From contig CAWEQH010000010.1 in the NCBI GenBank assembly GCA_963811165.1, positions 1,088,001 to 1,152,000 on the forward strand: a stretch of 64,000 bases of DNA. The letters run 5' to 3'. The notes below the pieces were generated by a model that searched no databases, was not told where the DNA came from, and saw only the letters and a list, made by a program, of their open reading frames with translations. Below, piece by piece: positions 21,771 through 31,566 of this stretch. The translations under genes were made by a program, and so were the position numbers. Source of the stretch: an uncultured Nitrospiraceae bacterium. Its GTDB lineage: Bacteria > Nitrospirota > Thermodesulfovibrionia > Thermodesulfovibrionales > UBA6898. Each line of letters starts with the position of its first letter. The first letter of the stretch is position 1.

Positions 21771-21864
21771 ACCATAATCCTCCTAGATAGGCCATGTGAT
21801 GTTGACAACGTTACCTGAACCAGGTGTAAATAGTGTCTGTTTATATACTAAGATTTCATAATTC

Positions 21865-21936
21865 GTCATTCCACGACTTGATCGGGGAATCCAGTCTTCA
21901 GGGCCTCTGGATTGTCCGGTCAAGCCGGACAATGAC
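21865..21936. repeat. REP-like composite palindrome (GTCAT...GGAATCCAG / CTGGATT...AATGAC)
   Basis: Two inverted hairpin units; related copy at 38447-38527. Confidence 0.7.
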
Positions 21937-22037
21937 AAAATTGGACTTTATGCGTAGTCTCTAAATAATCAGGGACGATGCCATGATCGTCCCTGATTCA
22001 CTGTGTTATGTATGTCGCTACGGCGGCCCTTTTTCCC

Positions 22038-22268
22038 TCAGCCTACCGGGTGGGCCTTTCTGAAGTCCCTGATGAACTCAGCCATCTTGTCTTTCTTCGC
22101 AAGCTTTTGCTTTTGGAGTTTCTTCCTCTCAACCTCTTCCTCAGGGGTAAGATAGACCTTCCTGTCCATCTCGGCAAGCGTCACGTCGAGGCCATGATGT
22201 TCCTCCAAAACCTTCTTGAACTCGCCGTTCTCTTTTTTCAGGTGTTCGATGATCTCCTGCTCTTTCAA
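22038..22268 (-). CDS. DUF465/YdcH-family protein
   Basis: EHHGLD and LQKQKLAKKDKM pattern; GGAGG SD before a TTG start. Confidence 0.8.
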   Translation of the reverse strand: MKEQEIIEHLKKENGEFKKVLEEHHGLDVTLAEMDRKVYLTPEEEVERKKLQKQKLAKKDKMAEFIRDFRKAHPVG

Positions 22269-22495
22269 ATTGTTCTCCTCCCTAAAAAAAATTTATTAGA
22301 ACCCTGGGCGTCGGCCGCCCCAAAGACTGTCTTCGGTTGAGAGGTTTTAAAAAAGAAAGGACTCGTGTCTTTCGGTAAGGGTGAAAGTATTTCTGAGAAC
22401 GTTGTTGTCTTTCTCTGCATGCCGTTATTTTAAGAATATACCTTTTCGGCAAAATTATCAATTCTCAAATCAGTCTGTAATCCGCGGTCGATTGC

Positions 22496-22619
22496 ATGAG
22501 AACGGCATCTGAGCGGCCACAGCCGCGCGTGTCGCATCACCGGGAAGGTGATGCGCGCCGGTGCCCCCGGAGGTCCGGCGCTTCGACGTACCGAGAATGA
22601 GCGATGATGCCGCTCCCAT
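22496..22619 (+). repeat. Structured non-coding motif, copy C (TGAGCGG...CCCGGAG...CGAGAATGAGCG)
   Basis: Same conserved blocks as the copies at 35052 and 35255, with different but complementary stems. Confidence 0.65.
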
Positions 22620-22645
22620 ACATATATTTTGGATGGTAAAATCGC

Positions 22646-23239
22646 TTACTTTTTCTCTACGATCTTGACCTTCATCTCAATCCGCTCGTTTGGGTTGTCC
22701 CTTGGGTCCCGGGGCTGGCTGACAATCTTGTCGACCACGTCCATTCCTGAAACAACCTCTCCGAAGACCGTATATTGCTTATCCAAAAAGGGCGCCTCCT
22801 TAACGCATATAAAAAACTGCGAGCCCGCGCTGTTGGGGTCAGCGGCCCGCGCCATCGAAAGTGTGCCGCGTTTATGGGGCTTATCGCTAAACTCGGCTTT
22901 TACCGTATAGCCTGGTCCGCCGGTGCCGTGGGTGGCCTTATTGGCGTTCCTGGAATTCGGGTCGCCGCCCTGGATCATGAACCCCGGTATTACCCGATGG
23001 AATATGGTGCCGTCGTAAAAACCTTTTTTTGCCAGCTCAATAAAATTATTGACATGGTTCGGCGCGACCTCGGGGAAAAACTTCAGTTCGATGTTCCCGA
23101 ATTTTGTCTCTATTACCGCTTTCGTATCCGCCATCTTCTTGATCTCCTCCTGCGTGAATTTTTTCGATTTCATCTCTGCCGAAGCCATAGAGGTCAAAAA
23201 TACAACCGCCATGACCGTACAAAAGACCCTCACACTCAT
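22646..23239 (-). CDS. Exported cyclophilin-type peptidyl-prolyl isomerase
   Basis: FHRVIPGFMIQGGDP, LSMAR, SAGSQFFI, YTVFG; signal peptide. Confidence 0.95.
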   Translation of the reverse strand: MSVRVFCTVMAVVFLTSMASAEMKSKKFTQEEIKKMADTKAVIETKFGNIELKFFPEVAPNHVNNFIELAKKGFYDGTIFHRVIPGFMIQGGDPNSRNANKATHGTGGPGYTVKAEFSDKPHKRGTLSMARAADPNSAGSQFFICVKEAPFLDKQYTVFGEVVSGMDVVDKIVSQPRDPRDNPNERIEMKVKIVEKK

Positions 23240-23250
23240 GATTATGCCTC

Positions 23251-24441
23251 CTATCTGGATTTTTCCATCAATCTGCCGAACTCCGTCAAAGATCTCGCGA
23301 CACAGTCTTCTATTGCAAGTCCCGAGAAAAAATTACCCGTAATGAAAACCTTTTTGCCCCCGATAAGCCTGTCGATATCACCGACGATTTTTTCGTGTCC
23401 AAGAAGCGGGGAAGGAAGGACAGCTGAATTATCGGAGGATGCCTCGAACTTATCCGTGCCTAAGACTTCGGCAATCCTCATCATTTTCCTCGCACGGTCC
23501 AGACCCGGCCCGAAATGGAACGTGAATCCCCTGTATGCCGGGTCCGAAACAATATCGCGCGACACCGCCGAGAAAAATACGTCGTTCACCGGTATAAGCC
23601 CGGCAAAAGGAGGCAGACCTACGGCCTCTTTTCTGACAACCACCCCAAGCGACTCCACCAGCGCGATTTTTATCTCCGCAAGCCGCGCCGCCGCCTCCGG
23701 AAGGACGTTCTTAAGGAGAGCCGAGGCCACCGAAGGCGGCACGGCAAGCCCCAGGTTATCGGCCAGGAATTCGCCGCAGCCGGCGACAGAGACCTTAAAA
23801 ACCGAATTATCGGTCTCGACCGAAGCCACCTCCGCACGGGTAAGCACCTCGATGTTCCTGGCCGATATCACGGCGTCGGCTATCGTTTGAAGGCCGCCTT
23901 GCACGGTAAACTTCTTTATGATGTCTTTTCGGCGTTTCCTTTTCTTAAAGAGCATCTCCGCCGGGAAATCATCTGCCGGCTGCGACGGCACCGCGCTTAG
24001 GGCAGGACCTATGACCCTCTCGAAATTCCTATGCCCGACTATCTTTGAGTAATAGGTCTTGACGGTCCGTCCGGATTTTGAGAGGGTAAAAATGTGCGGG
24101 GCAGAGCATGCAAATTCAAGAAAGTCGAGTTCCGAAGGGATAGATTTCACCTTGCCTTCTACGTACATCATGAAGGGCACCCTTTCCCGGGCCTGAAGCT
24201 TCTCCCTGAGTCCGCAGTCCTCGATAACTCCGATGAGGTTTCCGTATGAGTTATAACAGGTGTGGGCGCCCAATTCGAGCCAGAAGTCATCGACCTGCCT
24301 CATTGTCCTTAAGCATCCGCCCGCCTCAGGCGCCTTCTCAAGTAAAAGCGTCTTAAGGCCGGCCTTTGAGGCATAATGGGCGAGGCTTAACCCGCTTATC
24401 CCTCCGCCGACCACAATGATGTCATATCGTTTCAGATCCAT
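23251..24441 (-). CDS. Proto/coproporphyrinogen oxidase (HemY-like FAD oxidase)
   Basis: GGGISGL Rossmann motif, ELGAH, GLAIEDCV; overlaps hemH. Confidence 0.8.
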   Translation of the reverse strand: MDLKRYDIIVVGGGISGLSLAHYASKAGLKTLLLEKAPEAGGCLRTMRQVDDFWLELGAHTCYNSYGNLIGVIEDCGLREKLQARERVPFMMYVEGKVKSIPSELDFLEFACSAPHIFTLSKSGRTVKTYYSKIVGHRNFERVIGPALSAVPSQPADDFPAEMLFKKRKRRKDIIKKFTVQGGLQTIADAVISARNIEVLTRAEVASVETDNSVFKVSVAGCGEFLADNLGLAVPPSVASALLKNVLPEAAARLAEIKIALVESLGVVVRKEAVGLPPFAGLIPVNDVFFSAVSRDIVSDPAYRGFTFHFGPGLDRARKMMRIAEVLGTDKFEASSDNSAVLPSPLLGHEKIVGDIDRLIGGKKVFITGNFFSGLAIEDCVARSLTEFGRLMEKSR

Positions 24442-25433
24442 CCCGCCTCCTTCACGCCCTTCTTCACTATATCACCGAGTGCAGAAATAAAAAGCGGCGA
24501 GGTATTGAGAGATTCCGTCCGTTCGAGCCTTATGCCAAGTGACTGCGCCATTTTCTTATATAGTATATCGATTTCATAGAGGGTTTCGATATGGTCCGAG
24601 ACAAAACTTATCGGCACGACGAGGAGATTTTTCACGCCGCGCCCTGCAAGCTCCTTTATCATCTCGTCGGTCGACGGTTCAAGCCAGGCTACCGGTCCGC
24701 TCTTTGACTGATAGGAAAGGTCCCACGGTATCTTTACCCTCTTGGTGATCTCATCGATAGTGCCCCTGATATGTGTCACATAGGGATCGCCCTCCTCGAT
24801 GAACTTTTTGGGCAGGCTATGGGCGCTGAAAAGGAGATGGACATCGTCGCCTCCGCCGTCGGGCTGATCAAAGAGGGCGGTACCTTTTCTTATCTTCTCA
24901 ACGAGCGCCTCGATATAGAGAGGATGATCATGCCATGAGGGAATCGTAAACACCTCAAGCGGAAACCGGGAAACGACGTCCTTCATCTTGGAAAAAGACG
25001 AGCCCGTGGTCGCAATCGAATAATGGGGGTATAGACCCAGTGCGATGACCTTTCTGATCCCCTGATGAAAAATTTCGGGGACGGTCGCCTCGATAAGCGG
25101 GTGCCAGTACCTCATGCCTATGAAGACTTTAAAAAACCGTGAATCGTGAACTGTGAATCGTGAATCGTTTATTACTTCTTCAAGCGCCTTTGCCTGAGCC
25201 GTCGTTATATCGAAGATCGGAGATTTCCCGCCGATCAATCGATAGAATCCTTCGGTCTTTCTGTGCCGCAGAGTAGAGATGAGATATGCCAACGGTTTTT
25301 GCATGAAAGAAGGTCCGAGCCTGATGATCTCCCTGTCCGAAAAAAGGTTAAAAAGGAAAGACCTCACCGCCTCGAGGGAGTCAGGCCCCCCGAGGTTCAG
25401 AAGCAAAACCGCAATTGGATCATCGGCTTTCAT
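24432..25433 (-). CDS. hemH: Ferrochelatase
   Basis: LLNLGGP, MRYWHP, LYPHYS, FSAHSLP, WLEP, FVSDHIETLYEID. Confidence 0.97.
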   Translation of the reverse strand: MKADDPIAVLLLNLGGPDSLEAVRSFLFNLFSDREIIRLGPSFMQKPLAYLISTLRHRKTEGFYRLIGGKSPIFDITTAQAKALEEVINDSRFTVHDSRFFKVFIGMRYWHPLIEATVPEIFHQGIRKVIALGLYPHYSIATTGSSFSKMKDVVSRFPLEVFTIPSWHDHPLYIEALVEKIRKGTALFDQPDGGGDDVHLLFSAHSLPKKFIEEGDPYVTHIRGTIDEITKRVKIPWDLSYQSKSGPVAWLEPSTDEMIKELAGRGVKNLLVVPISFVSDHIETLYEIDILYKKMAQSLGIRLERTESLNTSPLFISALGDIVKKGVKEAGWI

Positions 25434-25500
25434 TTTTAAGGTAGTTCCCCTGCCTCATGTAGTCTATAAAAATTGATGGACCAGATAAGATCATGCACTA

Positions 25501-25692
25501 TTAGCCTGTTTTACTTGTCTTGCTTGTTTTTTGCTTTCCTGGAAATTTCTTAAGCACACGTCCTCCTTCGTATACAACCAATGGAGTATGCGTCTCCTCG
25601 GCAATCTTTTTCGCCCTCGTAGCCGCGCGCCTCAGCGCGATCTCCGCCTTTGCAAGATCGATATCCCGAATTTGCATTTTGACTTTGCTCAT
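25501..25692 (-). CDS. Small basic protein, likely partner of the adjacent ATPase
   Basis: 63 aa; ATGA overlap with the ATPase stop. Confidence 0.65.
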   Translation of the reverse strand: MSKVKMQIRDIDLAKAEIALRRAATRAKKIAEETHTPLVVYEGGRVLKKFPGKQKTSKTSKTG

Positions 25693-26213
25693 TCCTTTTC
25701 TCCTTCGTCAAGAAGTTTCGGTTTCTCTCCTGAATTGTCGAAAAGAACCCAGGCATCTACCATTTTTTTGTAAAGGTGCTGAAAATTGAGCCAGCCTTTT
25801 TCATATCTGCGTCTGATAGTCTGCTCCGGGACGTTGTGGCCGCCCTGCCTAACACGATTCTTTACCCGTTCAATTGCGGTCAGAACATCCGGGAGATAAA
25901 GGAAAATCAATTTTATTTTATAACCCATCCGCTGCCATTCGGGGATCATATGGGCGTAGGTCCTGCCGCTCAAAGTGGTTTCAAAAGCAAAACTTTCGCC
26001 GCTCGAAGCATGCCTTTTGATCTCCTCGATCATAAGTCTGCCTGCATGAAAGGACGCTATCTCGGGGATAAATGGAGAAATGCCTGCTGCGATAAGATCC
26101 GCATTCACAAAGACCGGGCAGCTTGCCTCTTTTGGTAAATACTCAAGAGCAAAAGTGGTCTTGCCCGCACCGTTTGGTCCCGCGATAACTATTATTTTCT
26201 TGTTCTTATTCAT
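25689..26213 (-). CDS. Zeta-toxin-like/AAA_33 P-loop ATPase
   Basis: IAGPNGAGKTT, VNAD, FAFETTLS, RVRQGGHNVP, DNS. Confidence 0.88.
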   Translation of the reverse strand: MNKNKKIIVIAGPNGAGKTTFALEYLPKEASCPVFVNADLIAAGISPFIPEIASFHAGRLMIEEIKRHASSGESFAFETTLSGRTYAHMIPEWQRMGYKIKLIFLYLPDVLTAIERVKNRVRQGGHNVPEQTIRRRYEKGWLNFQHLYKKMVDAWVLFDNSGEKPKLLDEGEKE

Positions 26214-26249
26214 CCTTCCTCTAACCATATCTTGCCTCATTAAGGTTCA

Positions 26250-26312
26250 TTAGCGCGCTTGAGCCCGACCTAAGTTCAGGAGCAAAACCGCAACCGTCTC
26301 ATTGTCTTTCAT
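26250..26312 (-). pseudogene. Orphaned hemH 5' fragment (MKDNETVAVLLLNLG)
   Basis: About 85-bp direct repeat of the hemH start and upstream region (about 25389-25474 vs 26269-26353). Confidence 0.8.
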
Positions 26313-26427
26313 ATTCAAGGTGGTTCGCCCGCCGTCTGTAGTCTATAAAAATTAACGGCCCATCGTCAAAAATTCAGGCACCTGTTTTCTCGGCAAATTG
26401 CCCATCCGGAAGTATAATAAGACAGTT

Positions 26428-26595
26428 ATGAAAAAAATTGTCATGACGGGTATGGTGATAGGGTCCTTCATAGGAAGCTTTATTCCCTTGCTTTGGGGCG
26501 ACAGCGCCTTATCCATGTCTTCTTTATTCTTTGGCGCCGTTGGGGGGTTTATCGGCATTTGGGCCGGTTATAAGATAGGGCAAAATTGGGGTTAG
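26428..26595 (+). CDS. Small Gly-rich membrane protein
   Basis: Two hydrophobic GxxxG helices; first gene of a + strand cluster. Confidence 0.55.
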   Translation: MKKIVMTGMVIGSFIGSFIPLLWGDSALSMSSLFFGAVGGFIGIWAGYKIGQNWG

Positions 26596-26606
26596 GAGGA
26601 ATATAT

Positions 26607-27071
26607 ATGCAAAAAATCACACCACATTTATGGTTTGACAAAGAAGCTAAGGATGCAGCCAAATTCTATACCTCCGTCTTCCCAAAATCGAAGATCAAAG
26701 ACACTACGACACTCCATAACACCCCTTCCGGTACTGTGGATATCGTTACCATCGAGCTTTTAGGGCAGGAATTCATGCTGATCTCCGCTGGCCCTCTTTT
26801 TAAGTTTAATGAATCAATCTCGTTCATCATCAACTGCGATACCCAGGAAGAAATAGACTATTACTGGGAGAAACTCTCCGCAGTTCCAGAAGCGGAACAA
26901 TGCGGCTGGCTCAAGGACAAGTACGGCCTTTCATGGCAGATTGTCCCAACATTAATGAGCAAGATGATGAGGGACAAAGACAAGAAGAAACTCGCACGGG
27001 TGACCGAAGCGTTTCTCGAGATGAAGAAGTTTGATATTGCAACCCTCAAGCGGGCATACAAGGGGGTATAG
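26607..27071 (+). CDS. VOC/PhnB-like protein
   Basis: QKITPHLWF, CGWLKDKYGLSWQIVP; GGAGG SD. Confidence 0.9.
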   Translation: MQKITPHLWFDKEAKDAAKFYTSVFPKSKIKDTTTLHNTPSGTVDIVTIELLGQEFMLISAGPLFKFNESISFIINCDTQEEIDYYWEKLSAVPEAEQCGWLKDKYGLSWQIVPTLMSKMMRDKDKKKLARVTEAFLEMKKFDIATLKRAYKGV

Positions 27072-27072
27072 T

Positions 27073-27741
27073 ATGAGAAAACTTGTTGTTCTGTCTTTCA
27101 TAACCCTTGATGGCGTAATGCAGGCTCCCGGCGGGCCTGAAGAAGACCCCACTAGCGGGTTCACGCAGGGCGGGTGGGTTGCCGGGTACTTTGATGACTT
27201 CCTTGGCAAAGTGATGGTCAAGCAAATGAGCAAACCCTTTGACTTATTGCTTGGCAGGAAGACGTATGAGATATTCGCCGCGCACTGGCCGTACGTGAAG
27301 ACCAATGAGGATCCCATCGCAGCCGGAATTAATAATGCGAAAAAATATGTAGCTTCAAAAACCCTTACAAAGCTTGACTGGTCCAATTCCGAACTCATTA
27401 AGGGAGATGTCGCGAAGGAAGTTAAAATACTGAAAGAGCAAGACGGGCCTGAAATACAAGTTCATGGCAGCGGCAATCTCATTCAAACACTACTGAAACA
27501 TGATCTGGTTGATGAGCTTTGGCTGAAAATATTTCCCATCACTCTCGGCAGGGGCAAGCGCTTATTTGCGGAAGGCACAATCCCGGTTGGATTTAAATTG
27601 TTTGAAAGCGAGAGTTCACCAAGTGGGGTCATCATTGCCTCGTATGTACGCGCGGGAGAGGTCAAGACAGGATCGTTCGCCTTTGAGCCCCCCACTGAGG
27701 CCGAACTTGCCCGTCGCAAACGACTTAAAGAAGGGAAATAA
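27073..27741 (+). CDS. Dihydrofolate reductase family (RibD C-terminal) protein
   Basis: TLDGVMQAPGG, LLGRKTY, GSGNL, LGRGKRLF. Confidence 0.9.
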   Translation: MRKLVVLSFITLDGVMQAPGGPEEDPTSGFTQGGWVAGYFDDFLGKVMVKQMSKPFDLLLGRKTYEIFAAHWPYVKTNEDPIAAGINNAKKYVASKTLTKLDWSNSELIKGDVAKEVKILKEQDGPEIQVHGSGNLIQTLLKHDLVDELWLKIFPITLGRGKRLFAEGTIPVGFKLFESESSPSGVIIASYVRAGEVKTGSFAFEPPTEAELARRKRLKEGK

Positions 27742-27793
27742 GATAGGGAAAAATTGGGTTCAGGCGGACTTTAAAAATTCCATCGGAGGTCCA

Positions 27794-28006
27794 ATGGCTC
27801 AGGAACTCATTATTTACGGCAAGGCCGGCTGACCTTACACCGAAAAGGCCAGGTCGGCCCACACCACTGCCAAGTATTTTGATGTGATGAAAGACCCTGT
27901 AAAACTTCAGGAGATGCTAAGGCATTCAAAGGGCGTCAGGAAGGTCCCTGTTGTCGTTGAAGGTGAAAAGGTTTCAATAGGATACGGGGGTTCCTGAGGG
28001 GTCTGA
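27794..28006 (+). CDS. Glutaredoxin-like selenoprotein with two in-frame UGA codons (UXX-star type)
   Basis: GGAGG SD; MAQELIIYGKAG-U-PYT...RKVPVVVEGEKVSIGYGGS-U-GV*; UGA at 27830 and 27995, each followed by an AGGT-loop hairpin. Confidence 0.85.
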
Positions 28007-28304
28007 TCCCGATAGGTTATCGGGAATCCATCTAGTCGTGGATGAAGACTCGGGTTGGTTTCTCACAGAAAGCCTCGAAAGTTTCCATTTCCCGAAACAG
28101 CGCAGTATTTCGCGTAACATTACCGACTCAGCTGCATAGGTGGTGTTCGGCTTAACAGTCGGAGAAGCACCTTTTCTGCTTATAAGGAAGGCTGCCCCCT
28201 TCTTTCAACCCTTGCGTTGCTTGACATCTCTTGTGACGCTGATAAACTGACGATAGAGAAGCTAAATGTGTCGGTGAGAAAGAAAAAGGCTGAGGGGGCA
28301 TGAG

Positions 28305-28526
28305 ATGGACTGGTTTTGGTTTCTGATTATCGGTGCTGTGGCGGGCTGGCCTGCGGGAAAGCTTACCCGCGGGCGCGGGTTCGGCCTTGTGTGGGACTTC
28401 GTGGTGGGAATCCTTGGGGCGCTCGTCGGCGGTTTTATTTTTCGACTTATCGGCGTCGTTTCTTTCGGCGAGAGGTTTTGCCTGAGCCGAGCGTGCCCGA
28501 TAGGCGTTTTCGCCCGCGATCTATAA
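28305..28526 (+). pseudogene. Truncated GlsB/YeaQ/YmgE (transglycosylase-associated) membrane protein
   Basis: IIGAVAGW..GK..RGRGFG....VVGILGALVGG matches the family; the third TM is replaced by unrelated sequence after about 28470. Confidence 0.65.
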
Positions 28527-28572
28527 TAGTCTTTATGCTACCTGCGAGCCGTAAGCCAAGAGGCAACGCATC

Positions 28573-30399
28573 ATGCACCTGAACGTCGCTCAATACATTG
28601 TCTTCGCCACGCTCGCCGCCGCCTTGGTCCTGTTCGTCACCGGATGGCTGCGCTATGACTTGGTCGCCTTGTGCGCTCTGCTGACGCTCGCGCTGACAGG
28701 AGTAGTCAAGCCCGAGGCGATATTCGCAGGCTTTGCGGATGGTGCCGTGATCAGCGTTGCCGCCGTGCTCGTGATGAGCCGCGGCTTGCGCAATTCAGGC
28801 GTGGTCGAAGTACTGGCGGAGCGATTGGCGCTGATCGGCGGCCGACTGGGCGAATCGCCGCGGATCGCGCTCCTAGGGACGGTCGTGAGCTTCCTTTCCG
28901 CCTTTATCAACGATGTGGGCACGCTCGCGCTGTTCATGCCGGTATCAATCAAGCTTTCGCGCAGGCAGAATGCTTCGGCGGGCCCAATCCTGATGCCGCT
29001 CGCGTACGCGACGCTGCTGGGCGGCATGACGACGCTGATCGGCTCCTCCGCCAACCTCGTGGTTTCAGCCTATCGCGCCCGCGTTGCGCATGGCGGTTTT
29101 GGGATGTTCTCATACACGCCGGTCGGCGTCGGCATTGCGATTGTCGGTCTGGTCTACGTTTCGGCGGTCGGATGGCGCCTGCTGCCGAAGCGGAGCCGCA
29201 ATAGCGAACATGGCGAACTATTCAAAATCGACGAATACATGACCGAAGTGCGGGTGCCCGACAAATCCAAAGCCGTTGGCCAGACGATCGGCGACCTCGA
29301 AGAAGCCTCCGACGGCGCCGTAAGCGTGCTTTCGCTGCTGCGCGACGGATGGCGACAGGTCGCGCCCTCGGGTTTCCAGATGGTCAGGCCCAACGATCTG
29401 CTCATCGTGCGGGGCGACCCCGAAAGCCTGCAAGACGCTATATCGAAAGTGGGCCTCGAGCTCGAAGCCCAGAAACAACAGGAAAAAAAAGAGCAGCAAG
29501 AAAATCCACAAAACGGCGAAAAAAAGGGGCCAGACGATGCGGCGCAAATGGTTGAAGCAGTCGTCGTCCCCGGTGCCCGAATCGTCGGCCGCAGCGCGTC
29601 TAGATTGCGCCTGCGCGACCGCTATGCGGTCAATATCCTTGCCGTCGCGCGTCGGGGCGGCGCAATCCGCGTGCGGCTACGCGATGTCCGCTTCGAGGCA
29701 GGCGACGTGCTGCTCGCACAGGGTCAGCCGGAAGCACTGCAGCAGGCCTTTTCAGATCTCGGGCTGCTGCCGCTAGCTGAGCGCGAGATTCGCCTGGGCC
29801 ATCCCCGCCGCGTCCTGCTGGCGATAGCCGTGTTCACCGCTTCGCTGGCGGCCGCCACGCTCAATCTGTTCAGCGTGGCGGTCTGCCTGACGAGTGGGGC
29901 CGTCGCAATGGTACTGCTTGGGCTGGTGTCGCCCGAGGAGATTTACACCAGTCTTGAGTGGCCGGTGCTGGTGCTTATCGCGGCGATGATCTCCGTGGCC
30001 GGTGCCCTGCAAACCAGCGGCGTCAGCGAACTGATCGCACTGCCCTTGCTGGCGCTCGCGCATCATCTGCCAGCAGTGGGAGCGGTCTCGATGATTTACG
30101 TGGTGACGATGCTGCTGGCAAACCTCATCCATCACGTAGCGGCCGCGGTCCTGATGGCGCCGGTCGCGCAAGGCATTGCCGCGGGTCTCGGCATGTCGCT
30201 CGACCCGTTCCTGATGGCGGTCGCATACGGTAGTGTCTCAGCCTTCGTGACTCCGATCGGGCATCCTTCTAACACGCTGGTGATGGGGCCCGGTGGCTAC
30301 AAGTTCAGTGACTACATGCGGATGGGCCTGCCTCTTTCCCTCCTCACCACGCTCACCGCTTCGCTTCTGATTTCGCTTTTTTGGCCATTATACCGCTGA
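28573..30399 (+). CDS. SLC13/CitMHS-family permease with two TrkA-C domains
   Basis: LLGGMTTLIGSSAN, TPIGHPSNTLVMGPGGYKFSDY, two RCK-C repeats. Confidence 0.9.
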   Translation: MHLNVAQYIVFATLAAALVLFVTGWLRYDLVALCALLTLALTGVVKPEAIFAGFADGAVISVAAVLVMSRGLRNSGVVEVLAERLALIGGRLGESPRIALLGTVVSFLSAFINDVGTLALFMPVSIKLSRRQNASAGPILMPLAYATLLGGMTTLIGSSANLVVSAYRARVAHGGFGMFSYTPVGVGIAIVGLVYVSAVGWRLLPKRSRNSEHGELFKIDEYMTEVRVPDKSKAVGQTIGDLEEASDGAVSVLSLLRDGWRQVAPSGFQMVRPNDLLIVRGDPESLQDAISKVGLELEAQKQQEKKEQQENPQNGEKKGPDDAAQMVEAVVVPGARIVGRSASRLRLRDRYAVNILAVARRGGAIRVRLRDVRFEAGDVLLAQGQPEALQQAFSDLGLLPLAEREIRLGHPRRVLLAIAVFTASLAAATLNLFSVAVCLTSGAVAMVLLGLVSPEEIYTSLEWPVLVLIAAMISVAGALQTSGVSELIALPLLALAHHLPAVGAVSMIYVVTMLLANLIHHVAAAVLMAPVAQGIAAGLGMSLDPFLMAVAYGSVSAFVTPIGHPSNTLVMGPGGYKFSDYMRMGLPLSLLTTLTASLLISLFWPLYR

Positions 30400-30524
30400 A
30401 CAACCGAGGGGCATCCTTGACGGTCCGTGCGCAGGGAAGTCAGGGACCTCGAAGTAGCCGGCCATCGTGGCGCAGATCCTCGCGCGTCTCGGCCGTGTCC
30501 CCGCGCCCGCTGCCCGGCACCCGG

Positions 30525-30706
30525 TACCGAAGATTCCTCAAGCGAAGAAACTGCTCGGCCCACACCGTAAAAAACTATCTGAATATCCCGGTCATTTAAA
30601 TGCGTGGCTGCAGATCCCCTTAGAGCAGGCGACCTCCGGGGAAACTAATGCATATATGGAGCACTTGTCGATGGGTAGAAAAAAGCCGAAGACGAATGCT
30701 TGTTGA
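30525..30706 (+). pseudogene. Tyrosine recombinase N-terminal remnant
   Basis: YRRFLKRRNCSAHTVKNYLN, then a frameshift, then WLQIPLEQAT...AYMEHL...KPKT; resembles an integrase core-binding domain. Confidence 0.55.
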
Positions 30707-30899
30707 AGAAAACGTGACCGCGCTGTCGCGTCCCCGCGAACTCAATAAGCTAAGCCTGTAATGGCCCGTCGCATACTTGCATGTTTGGGGGCAAACTCTC
30801 GAAGAGTTTCGACCCGGCATACCTATCAAGTATCAGTCAATCTGCAGGTGACTGAATTTCTGAATCTGAGGGTTGTCAGAAAATAGGGAACTCCGACTT

Positions 30900-31411
30900 C
30901 TATTTCTCCCTCCCGAACCCCTTTATCACCTTCATCTTCTCGGCCGGCGACACCATCAGTTGCCGAATGGCATCAAAGACGACCTTGAACTGAGAGTCAT
31001 ATTTCTTTTCCATGTCGTCGAGCTTCTTTGCAAGGTCTTTGTGCGCCGCCAGCATTTCGCGCAGCTTCACAAAGGCCCTCATTATCGCAATGTTCACCTG
31101 AACGGGCGTTTGCCGCGCAGCACACTCGAAAGCATTGCACCACCTTGTTCAGTAAAGGCATATGGATTGGCCCGGCGAATACCGCCCCAACTTGAAGTCA
31201 CAATTTGTGACTTCAAGTTCATAAGCTCCTGATTTGACAGCATAAACATAAAGTCTTCCGGAAATCGTTCCATGTTCCTTTTTACAGCCTGGATCAGGAC
31301 CTTGGGCTCAACATCGTAAAGTTCCGCGAGGTCCGTACTCAACATGACTTTATGTCGCCGGATCAGATAAATTTTCTTCTCGATTATTTCAACAGGAATG
31401 AACTCTTTCAT
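30900..31411 (-). pseudogene. ORF6N-domain DNA-binding protein, split by a 1-nt deletion near 31105
   Basis: [33 protein letters not shown] | [13 protein letters not shown]; adding one base rejoins the two ORFs. Confidence 0.8.
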
Positions 31412-31566
31412 TAACCCTCCTTCCCCTGCGATCAAGTCCCCATGCGACATGTATCTCTTCCGAAATGATAATATTCCGGGCTTACCAAAGACAAGAACTA
31501 TTTGTTTTGATTTGAGGTATGCGATAAGGTGATGGTTAGCTCCGCTTACCGGTCGCGGCTAAGAGG

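Noticed and set aside
22775..23890. 371-aa plus-strand ORF
   Set aside because: Antisense to the cyclophilin and HemY-like genes; no motifs.
27566..27832. 88-aa ORF in the track
   Set aside because: Overlaps the DHFR-family gene; only its last 12 codons are real, as the start of the selenoprotein.
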